Assembly: GCA_963664405.1 (NCBI GenBank)
Contig: OY761158.1
Span: 4,804,556-4,868,555, forward strand
DNA length: 64,000 bases
Direction: 5' to 3'
From: Thermoanaerobaculia bacterium
GTDB lineage: Bacteria > Acidobacteriota > Thermoanaerobaculia > Multivoradales > Multivoraceae
In this document: piece after piece, positions 1-10,100 of the stretch
How positions within the stretch are numbered: the stretch's first letter is position 1
Layout of the letters: each line of letters starts with the position of its first letter
Notes under the pieces: generated by a model
Databases searched by the model: none
What the model saw: the letters and a program-made list of their open reading frames with translations, nothing else
What the model was told of the DNA's origin: nothing
Program-made: the position numbers and the translations under genes

Positions 1-12
1 CCAAGTCCGTTC

Positions 13-465
13 TCAAGGCCGACTTCCCGACTTTGAGAATGTTCGAATCCGCCTAAACCCCGCAACCCGGGGATGCTTGCGCTGCAGGTCGCGCAGGAGA
101 TCGATGATCTGCGCCTGCACCGAGACGTCGAGCGCCGACGTCGGCTCGTCCAGGAAGATGATCTCCGGGCGAAAGATGATGGCCCTCGCGATGGCGATTC
201 GCTGACGCTGGCCGCCGGAGAACTCGTGCGGGTAACGATCCTGGGCATCGGCATCGAGCCCAACCTCCTGCAAGGTTTCTCGGACAAGCTTGCGGCGCGC
301 ATCCGCCGAAATCGCGCTTCGGTGGATCTTCAAACCCGCCTCGACGATCTGATTCACCGACAGCCTCGGCGGCAGGCTGCCGTACGGATCCTGGAAGACG
401 ATCTGCTCCTTACTTACTTTGCTCCCTTTGCCGCGAGCGAGTGCGGCCTCGGCACCACATTGTCA
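13..465 (-). pseudogene. Internal fragment of an oligopeptide/dipeptide ABC transporter ATP-binding protein (OppF/DppF-like). Walker A region and C-terminal third are missing.
   Basis: Frame reads ...[25 protein letters not shown]...[15 protein letters not shown]...[11 protein letters not shown]..., i.e. Q-loop, ABC signature and Walker B only. Upstream frame hits a stop ~465 and overlaps the XRE gene in another frame. Sequence after DLQRKH no longer resembles an ABC ATPase. Confidence 0.6.
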
Positions 466-767
466 CTGCTCGTCTGTCGTTTCCGCGGCATCCTGAGCTT
501 CACGTCTAGCGAGCCACCCAGCGCCTCGGAAATCTTTACCATGGTTCCGAGGGTGGGGTTGGCGTTCGTATCGAGGAGCTGCCCAACCCAGGCCCGGGAG
601 CATCCGAGTCGACGTGCGAGCTCGGCTTGAGTAATCCCCTGCGCCGTCATTGCGTCGTGTACACGGGTAACGAACTCAAGTTTCGCCCCCTCGACCTTGT
701 AGTCGATGCTCTCTCGCATTTCGCGGAGCATCTCCTGGTAATTTGTCATCGTTCTCCTTACCTCCAT
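414..767 (-). CDS. XRE-family HTH protein, antitoxin-like partner of the upstream Gp49/DUF891 toxin remnant
   Basis: HTH motif [21 protein letters not shown]. Length ~110 aa. Sits directly downstream of a DUF891-like ORF. Confidence 0.6.
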   Translation of the reverse strand: MEVRRTMTNYQEMLREMRESIDYKVEGAKLEFVTRVHDAMTAQGITQAELARRLGCSRAWVGQLLDTNANPTLGTMVKISEALGGSLDVKLRMPRKRQTSSDNVVPRPHSLAAKGAK

Positions 768-1050
768 TCCGCCTCTTCCGAGACTCCAACTTCTTCAATC
801 TCTGACGCTCTCTCCCTTAGGTATCTTTCGCGCACCTTCTGAGCCTTCTCGATCTCGTTCGGCGGTGTCTTGACTCTCGCTCGGCTATCAGATTCGCGGG
901 TCCTACCGTCGTCGCCTTCTCCATCAGCCGCAACATCTTCTCGCCCAGCGGGCTGGTACTGATCGCTTCCAGCGTGGGACAACGACCTTGGCCGTCGCAT
1001 ACCGCAATCACTCTCCAGATGCGCCCAATCGCTATCGTTTCGGTTTTCAA
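758..1050 (-). pseudogene. Gp49/DUF891 (HigB/RelE-like) toxin, apparently frameshifted (two overlapping ORFs 817-1050 and 758-1000)
   Basis: C-terminal frame ...[18 protein letters not shown] matches the DUF891 C-terminal KTPkxEIelAkkRlkeY motif. The N-terminal part lies in another frame. Position upstream of an XRE gene fits a TA operon. Confidence 0.35.
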
Positions 1051-1099
1051 GGTGCCCTCGACCCTCTCTCCTTGGTCAAGGATAATCTTGACACCAGGG

Positions 1100-1509
1100 A
1101 GAGACTACGTCAAGGCAAAACTTGACCATTGGAATGCGACTAGGGCCTGCCTCGCCGAGGGTCTCGAGGCGGCGCATGAGAAAGGTGTGGTGCATCGCGA
1201 CCTGAAGCCAGCGAACATCAAGCTCGGTCCGGACGCCTCGGCGGTGAAGATCCTGGACTTCGGTCTGGCCAAGGCGATGGCCCCGGAGATGGAGCTCTCC
1301 CGGTCTTCTCCGTGGGCGCTCCCGAAGTGCTCTTCGACATGTCGCCATACTCGCAGGCCGTTGGGTGGAGCTATGCTCCGGCGCCGGACGGGCCACGCTT
1401 CATGCTGATGAAGCCGGCGGCGCCGAGCGGCCCTGGCGTAGCGCAGTCGGAGATCGTGATCGTGCAGAATTGGTTCGAGGAGCTCGAACGGCTCGTGCCG
1501 ACCGATTAA
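1100..1509 (+). pseudogene. Remnant of a eukaryotic-like Ser/Thr protein kinase (catalytic loop and DFG retained, internal deletion and frameshift, beta-propeller-type C-terminus retained)
   Basis: [11 protein letters not shown] and ILDFGLAKA motifs are followed by a frame change to GAPEVLF...[17 protein letters not shown]...IVIVQNWFEELERLVP, the typical C-terminal end of PD40/WD-propeller-fused kinases. Confidence 0.5.
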
Positions 1510-1645
1510 GGCCGGGAACCGATTGGAGGCGTTGAAGGGGAACCGCAAAGGTCAGCACAGCATTCGGATCAACTCACAGTGGCGCATCTGTTTTCGATGG
1601 GTGCGCAGCGATGCACATAACGTCGAGATCGTTGACTACCACTGA
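1505..1645 (+). pseudogene. higB: C-terminal fragment of HigB toxin (RelE/ParE superfamily). N-terminal ~50 aa missing.
   Basis: Frame reads AGNRLEALKGNRKGQHSIRINSQWRICFRWVRSDAHNVEIVDYH*, a near-canonical HigB C-terminus. Upstream residues in frame do not resemble HigB. It is followed 8 nt later by higA. Confidence 0.6.
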
Positions 1646-1652
1646 GGTAAAC

Positions 1653-1958
1653 ATGCCAAGGCAGCAGAAACTGGACCCGATTCATCCTGGAGAGTTCCTG
1701 CTAGAGGAGTTCATGAGGCCGATGGGTATCACGACCAATCGGTTGGCCAGGCACCTGGGTGTTCCGCCGGGGCGGATCAGCGCCATCACCAACGCCAAGC
1801 GCTCGATCAGCGCCGACACTGCGCTCAGACTGGGCAAGTATTTCGGCGTCTCTGCAGAGGTCTGGACAGGTCTGCAGGCTGACTTCGATCTGAGAGTCGC
1901 GCGACGCGAGGTCGGCGAGGAGATCGAAGAGCGCGTTCACGAACACCAAGTTGCTTGA
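1653..1958 (+). CDS. higA: HigA antitoxin (XRE HTH)
   Basis: IHPGEFLLEEFMRPMGIT...LARHLGVPPGRISAITNAKRSISADTALRLGKYFGVSAEVWTGLQ is the HigA family signature. Start taken at MPRQQ because the upstream in-frame M overlaps the higB remnant. Confidence 0.75.
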   Translation: MPRQQKLDPIHPGEFLLEEFMRPMGITTNRLARHLGVPPGRISAITNAKRSISADTALRLGKYFGVSAEVWTGLQADFDLRVARREVGEEIEERVHEHQVA

Positions 1959-2039
1959 GGGCTGCTACTGAGCCCCAGGTAGCCTCCGGCACCCGAAGGC
2001 TACCTGGGGCCGCGGCGGCCACCCCGACCCGCGTGAGCC

Positions 2040-3866
2040 TTATCGCGGTATCAACCAGATCGGCGACGACCAGGCGCGCTCTTGATGCGTGCTCGCAAGA
2101 CCGGGTCGAGGCGGCGTGCCTGCGCGCACGGCCTCCCAGGTCGACCAGCGGCAGGTCGGATTCTCGAGCGCGCGTACGTAATAGAAAGCACGTTGACTGC
2201 GGTCGAAGTCTGGATCCGTCCAGAGTGTTTTGAGCTGCGCCGCGCCGAGGTCGGCGCTGACGCTGCAGTCTGCAAGATCCACCTCAGCGCCGTTCTCAGG
2301 GCAGCGATGGGTCTTGGGGTCGACCTCGAGACCGTCCGAGCAGGCCACGTCGTAGACCCGCTCCTGCGGCCGGCCGTCTTCGATCCAGCCCTTGATCACC
2401 TGCAGACGCTGGAGTTTCGCGGCCTCGGGGTCCTGCATCGCCCACACCAGGAACTGGGGTGCGCCGCGGCGCCGGGCAGGGAGGTCGGCGCCCATCGGCA
2501 CACCGTGCTGGTAGGCTTTTGCCATCAGATCCTTGTCTTCGAGCGCATCGCCCTTGAAGTCGTAGCTGCCGAAGAAGCGCACCCGGATGCGCGGTCCGCT
2601 GGTGGCGAAGGTCTCCTTGCGGCGGAACGCGTCGTAGATCGCTTCGCGAGTGTTCTCGTCGGCCCAGACGCCCGCGAGGCCCGAGGCGCCCCAGGTCGGC
2701 AACCTGGCAGCCCTTCCCGTGGTCTGTGAAACGTCGCCCCAGGTCTTGGCACCCCCCGGGGGCACCGAGCCGCGCCGCTCCGGCGTCGCATCTTTGAGCC
2801 CGAGCTTGCTGAAGAACTTCGACTCTTCGTACGCCCCGCCCCCATTATGGCCGTCGGTCGAGCCGATCATCCCGAACCGGTAGGGGTTGAAGCCCTCGTT
2901 CTCCTCGAGCTCGAGCCCGGTCAGGTAGGCGTCGCGCACATAGCTGCCACGAACGTACTCGGGCTTCCTGTTGGCGGGGGGGAGATACTCGATCCCGAAG
3001 TCGGCCCACTCGTCGTTGGTGGAGAGCAGGGGGTGTGTCTCCGAAGTGCCCTTGATCTGCGTGACCTCGACCAGTGGCTCATTGCGCATCCGCACCCGGG
3101 CGTAGGCCGCGTCGAAGGGCTCGCCCGAATTCTTCTGGCGCGCGAACTTATGGCCGGCGCTTTGGTTCGAGTTGTGGGGAATCGCTAGCGCTTCGATGCC
3201 CTCTGCGCGCAAGCCCTCGAGCCAGTCCCACAGATCCTCGGGGTTCGGCGAGTCGAGTCGAGAGAAGGGTACCTCCGGCGCTTTCGCACTGCGGAAAATG
3301 ACATTGCGGTGTTGATTGCCCCCATCGGTCTCCGATGACGTGTATTCGTAGGCGACGAAGGTGGTGAGCTTGCCCGGCTCGTAGTTTCGCTCCGCCGACG
3401 CGATGATCTCCCGCCAAGCCGAGCGTGTGGCCTCCGGGTCGGGGTGGGCGGCAAGGAACTGTATGCCTTTGGTCGTCGAGGCGTCGTCATAGATCAGATT
3501 CGTCGGATCGAAGAAGCGGCGGCCGTCGGGATGGTTCGCCAGCGGATGATCAGGATCCATCATCGCCCACCACCGGCCGAGATAGAAGCCGTGGTCGGTG
3601 ACCGCGTAGAAATCGAGCGGACGATCGAGCTGGATATCGAAGCCGGCGGGATGTTGGATCGCCTCCCCGCGGGCATACCGGTAAGCGTCGTCGGGTGTCG
3701 AGCGGGTGCCGAAGGTGAACGCGTCCAAGGAAAAGGCGGTATGGATGTGCAGATCACCGAAGTAGGCTTGGCGGTGCTCCGCGGCTTGTGCGCTCTGCGA
3801 AAAAGCCGCGAGGTACGCGACGAGCAGAATACTGATTCTCGGCGACATCGTCTTCTTCTCCTTCAC
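2040..3866 (-). CDS. Secreted DUF3604 domain protein (PHP-like metal-dependent hydrolase fold)
   Basis: Signal peptide (…AFSQSAQA/AE). YFGDLHIHTAFSLDAF metal-binding motif. 608 aa. Confidence 0.65.
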   Translation of the reverse strand: MKEKKTMSPRISILLVAYLAAFSQSAQAAEHRQAYFGDLHIHTAFSLDAFTFGTRSTPDDAYRYARGEAIQHPAGFDIQLDRPLDFYAVTDHGFYLGRWWAMMDPDHPLANHPDGRRFFDPTNLIYDDASTTKGIQFLAAHPDPEATRSAWREIIASAERNYEPGKLTTFVAYEYTSSETDGGNQHRNVIFRSAKAPEVPFSRLDSPNPEDLWDWLEGLRAEGIEALAIPHNSNQSAGHKFARQKNSGEPFDAAYARVRMRNEPLVEVTQIKGTSETHPLLSTNDEWADFGIEYLPPANRKPEYVRGSYVRDAYLTGLELEENEGFNPYRFGMIGSTDGHNGGGAYEESKFFSKLGLKDATPERRGSVPPGGAKTWGDVSQTTGRAARLPTWGASGLAGVWADENTREAIYDAFRRKETFATSGPRIRVRFFGSYDFKGDALEDKDLMAKAYQHGVPMGADLPARRRGAPQFLVWAMQDPEAAKLQRLQVIKGWIEDGRPQERVYDVACSDGLEVDPKTHRCPENGAEVDLADCSVSADLGAAQLKTLWTDPDFDRSQRAFYYVRALENPTCRWSTWEAVRAGTPPRPGLASTHQERAWSSPIWLIPR

Positions 3867-3943
3867 CTAGGACGGGAGCTCAAGGGTAGTGCAATAGCGT
3901 GCGAAATGGCTACCGCCCTTTGGTCACCTCTGGCAGCCGCCCC

Positions 3944-4252
3944 TCAGCGGCTTTCAAGCGAGAACACTTCGACCTGCCGTTCGAGTTCGGTGCCCAGGCG
4001 ATCGCGCTCGACCTCCAGATCGTAGCGCGACTGAAGGTTGAGCCAGAGCGCTTCCGAGGTGCCGAAGAACCGTGCCAGGCGGAGAGCTGTGTCTGCAGAG
4101 ATGCGCCGCTTGCCGTGCACGATCTCGTTGATCCGACGAGGAGAGACGCTCAGGCCCTTCGCGAGCCGATATTGGCTCAGGCCCATTGGTTTGAGAAATT
4201 CTTCGAGCAGCACTTCACCAGGATGAATGGGTTCGAAGATCTTCTTGTCCAT
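3944..4252 (-). CDS. higA: Second HigA-family antitoxin/regulator with no higB upstream
   Basis: IHPGEVLLEEFLKPMGLSQYRLAKGLSVSPRRINEIVHGKRRISADTALRLARFFGTSEALWLNLQ. ~50% identical to the 1653-1958 copy. Confidence 0.75.
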   Translation of the reverse strand: MDKKIFEPIHPGEVLLEEFLKPMGLSQYRLAKGLSVSPRRINEIVHGKRRISADTALRLARFFGTSEALWLNLQSRYDLEVERDRLGTELERQVEVFSLESR

Positions 4253-4285
4253 GTCGTTGAGATCTTCCAGAGATCCTCTGCACCG

Positions 4286-4322
4286 TAACGTGGCGCGTTA
4301 TTAACGTCAAGCGTTAAGGCCC
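4286..4322. promoter_or_regulatory. Two tandem palindromes (TAACG-N5-CGTTA and TTAACG-N5-CGTTAA) in the promoter region of the second higA. Putative HigA operator.
   Basis: Plus-strand sequence TAACGTGGCGCGTTATTAACGTCAAGCGTTAA lies 34-70 nt upstream of the higA start. Confidence 0.45.
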
Positions 4323-4479
4323 TGTCTCGGCGTCTACCGGAGCTTGCCACTTCCGCTCAACTACCTAGCCATTAAGGGACGTGATCGGACGTGAGGACCT
4401 TGCTGGAGCGCTCAGCTACCCATCGACACTCGAACTGCTAGATGCCGAAGGCGGCCTCGTTTCTTCGCTCCTACGCGTC

Positions 4480-5529
4480 TCAGAACCTCCCTTCGCGCAC
4501 CTGGTCCTTCGCCCGCTCAGGACTCAGGTGAACGACCTTGCCAGGCGACACGCTCTCATTCTCGGGTAGCGGCACATCGCCCTTCTCCTTCCCCTTCTCG
4601 ACCACGCTTTTGAGCCCCCGAAGCCGCTTCGATCCTTCGATGGCTTCGCCTTCCGAGTAGTACTCAAACCAAGGGAGCCCGGCTTCGTTGTAGGTGTTGG
4701 AGGTCGGTGGCACAGTCGGCGGCGCGACACCCGTGATCGACTGCCACACCATCGAGTTGGCGATGTGCGTAAAGCAGCGCCCGCCCGCTTCGGTATCCCA
4801 ATCCTCGAGCTCGAAGGGATCGTCGTAGATCTCCTGACGCATGCGCCCGCCCGGGGCGAGTGCCATGCTCGGGGAAGCTTCCGGCGATAGGCAGTAGTCG
4901 TTCTCGACGCTGCCAAAGACGTTCATCCTGGCCCTTTCGCGGCTCACCGGAAAACGCCGATCGAACACGTCTCGCTTCATCGGATAGGCGAGGATCTGAA
5001 TGCCCCCGTATTCGGCCTCGTCGGTGAGTTGTTCCTCGGCCGAGTAGCCGGCCCCAAGAGGCATCGCCACGAATTGCCGGATCACGCCCTTCTCGACGCA
5101 GAAGCCGTCGAGCCAAGGTTGCTCGGGAGCCACCATGTAGTCCTGGGGTTTGCCGTGCAGCCGCTCCGACCAGCGCTCGCCGCTGACCGCGTCGATCTTG
5201 CCTGCCGCGATCTTGATAGCGAAAGGGTAGTTCCCCTGGCGCGAGACGAAGGCCGTATCGAAATTGAGCCACATCGCCTCCGACTGGTACATCGGCAGCA
5301 TGACGCCTCCGTGCTCGAGCCACTCTCCCGGCACGCTGTCACCGAAGTCGTCGACATGACGGATGGGGAAGCGCCCCAGACCTGGTGGCAGTGGGTAATC
5401 ATCGCCGTCGTCGGGGATGCGCAGCGTGCGCTGAAAGTCGATCGACAATCGAGCCTGCGGGTGGACCTCCGGGAACGTGAAAACGAGTGAGTCGCCCTTG
5501 AGTTGGATCATCCTTTTCCTCCTTACCAT
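4480..5529 (-). CDS. Hypothetical protein (349 aa), translationally coupled to the upstream XRE regulator
   Basis: Non-repetitive composition and plausible codon usage. 7-nt overlap with the XRE gene. No motif I can assign. Confidence 0.55.
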   Translation of the reverse strand: MVRRKRMIQLKGDSLVFTFPEVHPQARLSIDFQRTLRIPDDGDDYPLPPGLGRFPIRHVDDFGDSVPGEWLEHGGVMLPMYQSEAMWLNFDTAFVSRQGNYPFAIKIAAGKIDAVSGERWSERLHGKPQDYMVAPEQPWLDGFCVEKGVIRQFVAMPLGAGYSAEEQLTDEAEYGGIQILAYPMKRDVFDRRFPVSRERARMNVFGSVENDYCLSPEASPSMALAPGGRMRQEIYDDPFELEDWDTEAGGRCFTHIANSMVWQSITGVAPPTVPPTSNTYNEAGLPWFEYYSEGEAIEGSKRLRGLKSVVEKGKEKGDVPLPENESVSPGKVVHLSPERAKDQVREGRF

Positions 5530-5876
5530 TTGCCGTCGCGGACCTCGCGCACGATCCGCAGCACTGCGTGATCGGGCTGGTCCTTGAGCTCACGAATAAG
5601 CTGCCCGAAGAGTTGCGGCCGTCGACAGATCAGCTCCTGCAGATCGCTCGACACCTTGCCCGCCATCGCCAAGAGCACATCGGGATCTTCATCGAGCTCG
5701 CGAGCAAGTGCCACGATCTTCTTTTCAGAAGGCGGTGCCTCTTGGCCCCGCTCTACTTTGCTCAGGTACGAGGGCTCGACCTCGATCCGCGCCGCTACCT
5801 TTCGCAGTGAGAAAGATCGGTCTTCGTTTCGAAGTGCTTCTCGCCGTTCGCGTATGTAATTACCGAATCTCTTCAT
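5523..5876 (-). CDS. XRE-family HTH transcriptional regulator
   Basis: SLRKVAARIEVEPSYLSKVERG HTH. Start taken at MKRFGNY. A palindrome lies immediately upstream. Confidence 0.6.
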   Translation of the reverse strand: MKRFGNYIRERREALRNEDRSFSLRKVAARIEVEPSYLSKVERGQEAPPSEKKIVALARELDEDPDVLLAMAGKVSSDLQELICRRPQLFGQLIRELKDQPDHAVLRIVREVRDGKW

Positions 5877-5879
5877 GAA

Positions 5880-5900
5880 TGTGTAGTGTATACTACATAC
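5880..5900. promoter_or_regulatory. AT-rich near-perfect 16-bp palindrome TGTAGTGTATACTACA at the XRE start. Putative autoregulatory operator/promoter.
   Basis: The sequence TGTGTAGTGTATACTACATACTATACACA is AT-rich within a ~65% GC context. It contains the nested inverted repeats TGTAGTGT/ATACTACA and TGTATA...TATACA. Confidence 0.4.
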
Positions 5901-6007
5901 TATACACAATCAAGCCTATGCCGCTCTTCCAGATCACGATTCGGCAGCTCACGGGCGGTGCAGACAGGAGCTTGAAGGGATCGTTGGGGGAACGCGGAGC
6001 GACCCCC

Positions 6008-6673
6008 CTAGATCTCCCCGCTCAACGACCGGACATGCTGTACAAGCTCAGACTGAGAGCTGACTCCCAGCTTCGAAAACAGTGACCGCAGATGGCTCCT
6101 GACAGTGCTAGGTGAGATGTGTAGGTCATTCGCAATCGCCCCAACCCGAGCACCCGCGAGAAGCTCCGAGAGCACGTCTTTCTCTCTCGGCGACAAGTCA
6201 GCAAGGCCAGGGTGGTTGAGTAAGTGCCGAGTAGCACCACCCGACGAGCGGGCCAGTAGCTCGAGCTCGAGGGCGATGTAGTGCAGCCTCTCGGCGAGCT
6301 CGGCCGGCCCGGCGCCGAGCTGTCGGGCGCTCCAGATGCGCTCGAGTGTCACGTGCAGGCCCTCGACAAACTCCACCGAGCCGTCTTCGCGGAGCTCCCG
6401 GCGATTGAAGATGTCGAGGAGGGGCACCGTGGCGCCGTCTTTCCTGAGCCCCATCGTCATGATGAGCCTCTGGTTGCCCTCGTTGTAGCCGTCTATGTGC
6501 TCGCTGAGCAGGGGCACCAACTCGGCCGCCATGAATTCCGAGACGTGATGCCCCACCATCTCGTCTCTGCTGTAGTCGAGGATCGACAACTCGGCGTCGT
6601 TGACCTCCAGAACCACCCCGTCCCCGGTTCTGCGGTACCAGCCGACGTTCAGAAGGTTCCAGTGATCATCCAT
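6008..6673 (-). CDS. LuxR-family transcriptional regulator with N-terminal PAS-like domain
   Basis: C-terminal LSPREKDVLSELLAGARVGAIANDLHISPSTVRSHLRSLFSKLGV is a LuxR/GerE HTH. Confidence 0.7.
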   Translation of the reverse strand: MDDHWNLLNVGWYRRTGDGVVLEVNDAELSILDYSRDEMVGHHVSEFMAAELVPLLSEHIDGYNEGNQRLIMTMGLRKDGATVPLLDIFNRRELREDGSVEFVEGLHVTLERIWSARQLGAGPAELAERLHYIALELELLARSSGGATRHLLNHPGLADLSPREKDVLSELLAGARVGAIANDLHISPSTVRSHLRSLFSKLGVSSQSELVQHVRSLSGEI

Positions 6674-7142
6674 TTCAGACTAGGTATTTGGTTAGTTATC
6701 GACGTTTCGCCCCATTGCTATTTCGGGTAAGGTCCTTTACAGACAAGCACTTCAGCCCGCATCGAGGATAGCACTCGAGGCATGTCTCTAATGTGGTGGT
6801 GGGTGGCAGGGGAGGTTCTGGCGGCCCATGATTCCACCCGACGTACCCCCTGCCATCGGGGCGCTACGGCTGCTCGACAAGACTGGCAAGTGCGGGGTTA
6901 AGGCCACTTGGACAGCACTCCCGCAAGGGGATTAGCCGCCTTGGACGTGGAGCTCTGATTCTCTCTGCTAACGTGGTCCGAATCCATCCAGCTTCAGGGC
7001 CTTGCAGCCTTCAAGGCAGGAGAGAATCGCCCAGTCTGAGGTCGGTGCAAAAGACATGAGCCTAGGTCGACACTGGGACCGAGCCGAGAATGCTCGGCGC
7101 GTGGCTACTGGATCCTGGGGCCAGAGGTCGACCTGACCCGGC

Positions 7143-10100
7143 ATGGCCATCGAACGGCCCGCTTCCCACCTCCCAAGAGCACCTGTAACTGAAGAGTCTA
7201 GTAGAGCTATGACCCACCCCATCCACCGGCGCTACTACGCGGAGGACCTTGTCCGCCGCCGCCGCGCCGGTGAGGCCCGGCGGTATGCCTCGTCGCAGCG
7301 TCAAGGCCGGATCGATGCAAACCCCCACCAGATCGACGCTGTCATGTTCGCGCTGGGTCGGATTCCTGACGGCGGGTGCATCCTTGCCGATGAGGTCGGT
7401 CTCGGAAAGACCATCGAAGCAGGGCTCGTGATGGCGCAGATGTTGTCGGAAGGGGCCGAGAGGATTCTCCTAGTGCTTCCTCGCGCCCTGCTCGGCCAGT
7501 GGCAGGATGAGCTCTACACGTTGTTTGGCATGACGGCGATCGAGGCCGACGCCAACGACGCAGACCTCAACGCACCGGGAGTTTTTCTCGCGGGACGCGA
7601 ATGGGCAGGAACTGAGAGGGGCTCGAGCAAGCTCACCAGTGGGCCCCCATTTGACCTCGTGATCATCGATGAGGCCCACGAGGTTTTCGCGGGCATCTAC
7701 CGGCGCTTCGATCGGCATGGGGCGTATCGAGCCGACAGCCCGTATGCGATGACCGCCCACCGCGTCCAGCTCCTCATCGGGCCCTCCCCTGTGCTCCTTC
7801 TCACCGCGACCCCCATGCAGAACTCGCTCAACGAGCTGTGGGGCCTGGTGCAATACATCGACCGCACCAACACCCTGCTCGGGCACCAGCCCACCTTCAA
7901 GGCGCTCTTCTGCGAAGACCCAAGCGGCCGGCGCATCGTGCCGGAGCAGTCTCTCGAGCTTCAACGCCGGCTCGGCTCCGTGGTGCAGCGAACCCTCCGC
8001 CGCCAGGCGCAGGAATTTCTCGACAAGCCCTTCGTCCATCGACAGACCAAGCTCTTCGAGTACACCATGACCCCAGAAGAGCGTGCGCTCTACGACGACG
8101 TCACCGCCTACCTGCTCGAGCCGACTCTGTTCGCGTTCCGCGGCCGCTCGCGGCAGCTCCTCCTCATCGGTTTCCATCGCCGCATGGCCTCGTCGACGGC
8201 GGCCCTCGCACAGAGCCTCGAACAAGTCGCCAAGCGTCTGCGTGGGATTCTCAAAGGAGTCGCGGAGGCCGATCTGCCCGACATCCGTTTCGAATTCCTT
8301 GCCGACCTCGAAGACGAGCTCGACGTCCCCGAGTCTGAGGACGTCGAAGTCGAGCCCCAGCCCGAAGGCGTGAGAGCCGAGCTGGCGCGTGTCGAGGACT
8401 TCGTGCGCCGAGCCCAGGACCTTCCCCACGACAGCAAGGCGGAAAGCCTCGTCCAGGCAGTCCGAGCACTCGGCGAACGCGAGGAAGGTAGCGACAAGGT
8501 GGTGATCTTCACCGAGTCCCTGGTAACGCAGCAGTTCCTCCGCACTCTGCTGATCGACAAAGCTGGGCTCAGCGACGAGGACATCACTCTCTTCAGCGGC
8601 ACCAACGAGACTCCTCGTGCTCGCGAAGCTCTCGAGCAATGGCAAGAGGATGTGGGCAAGAACCTCGCTCCTCATGCTAAGCCCAGCAAGAAGGTCGCGA
8701 TTCGCCTGGCGCTCGTCCACGACTTCAAGACCCGCTCCCGCGTCCTCATCTCGACCGAAGCGGGCGCGAAGGGTCTCAACCTGCAGTTCTGCGACACTAT
8801 CGTCAACTACGACCTGCCCTGGAACCCCCAGCGCATCGAGCAGCGCATCGGCCGCTGCCACCGCTACGGCCAGAAGCACGACGTCACCGTCATCAACTTC
8901 CTGGCATCGGACAACGAGGCCCAGCGCCTCACTTTCGACATCCTCAGCCAGAAACTAGAGCTCTTCGGAGCCGTCCTTGGCATGTCCGACGAAGTACTCC
9001 ACCAGCCCGGAAGCGACGGCAACTCGCAGCTGGGAATGGCGCTCGGGCCCGACTTCGAAAGTCAGCTCAACAAGATCTGGGATCGCGCGCGCTCCGTCGA
9101 GGAGGTCGAAGAAGAGCTGCGCAAGCTGCGCGATTCGATGGACGATCGGCGACGCGAGCTGGAAGAAGTTCACGAGCGGACCGTTGGTCTGATCGAGAGC
9201 CGGCTCGACGAATCGGTACACCAGGTTTTCCGCCGCATCCGCGACGAGCTGCCGGCTACTCTCGCCGAGCTCGACAAGGAGCTCGAGCGGGTCGCGCTCA
9301 GCTACCTCGAAGCCGCCGATGCCCCTCACCAGGTTCGCGAAAGCGGCGAACGGCGCATCATCGAGCTCTGGCGAGATCCTCGGTTGCCCGAACCACTCGC
9401 TTCGGGCCTTACCATCGCTGTGGGCGGCTCCAGCGGCCTCGAGGATCTCGAGCCTCTTCACACCAGCCACCCCTTGATCGAGGCGGCTCTCGCCGAGGCA
9501 CGTGAAGCCGGGTCTGGCAACTTCCGGCTGCGCTTCGAGCTCGGCGAGAATTCCTCGGAGATCCTCCAGCAACGCCGTGGCTCGCGTGGCCGTCTCGCCC
9601 TGACCAAGGTGTCCTATGACGGCTTCGAGCGAGAGGATCGCCTCATCGCGACGGCGATCTTCGAAGACTCTGACGTCCTCCGCCCGGCAGAAGCCGCCCA
9701 TGAGTTCCTCCAGCTCCCCTGCACTGAGCTGCCGGCCTCGGTCCCCGAGTGGTCGCTCACCGCCGAGGAGCTCGACGAAGTCGTTGATGAAGAGGTCTTC
9801 CTCGACCAGTCGGCGGCGGCGCAGCGCGACCAGGCGAGCTTCGAGAAGTCGATCGACCAGCTCGACCAATACATGGAAGATCGCGCCCTCCTGCTACGGC
9901 GCAACCGCGCCGACCTCACCGGGCGCATCGAGACCGCTGAAGCCAAGCGTGACGGCGCGCTCGGCGCCGACGCGCGCAACGACGCAGAAGAGAAGCTCAA
10001 GAAGCTCGAGCTCGAGGCGGAGGAGATCGACGCGTCCCTCGATCGAGTCGCTACTCGCCAAGACCCCGACTACGAGAAATGGAAGAAACACGCCCACACC

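Noticed and set aside
38-70. tRNA-like T-loop string GTTCGAATCC near the window start
   Set aside because: Flanking bases cannot form a T-stem or acceptor stem and there is no CCA-adjacent structure. It lies inside the ABC ATPase fragment.
2082-5490. Multiple 100-220-aa ORFs antisense or out of frame within the DUF3604 and 349-aa genes
   Set aside because: Overlapped by better-supported genes. Arg/Ala-rich low-complexity translations.
7470-9869. 469-aa and 304-aa minus-strand ORFs inside the SNF2 gene
   Set aside because: Antisense to a gene with strong, complete helicase motifs. Low-complexity Leu/Ala/Arg-rich translations.
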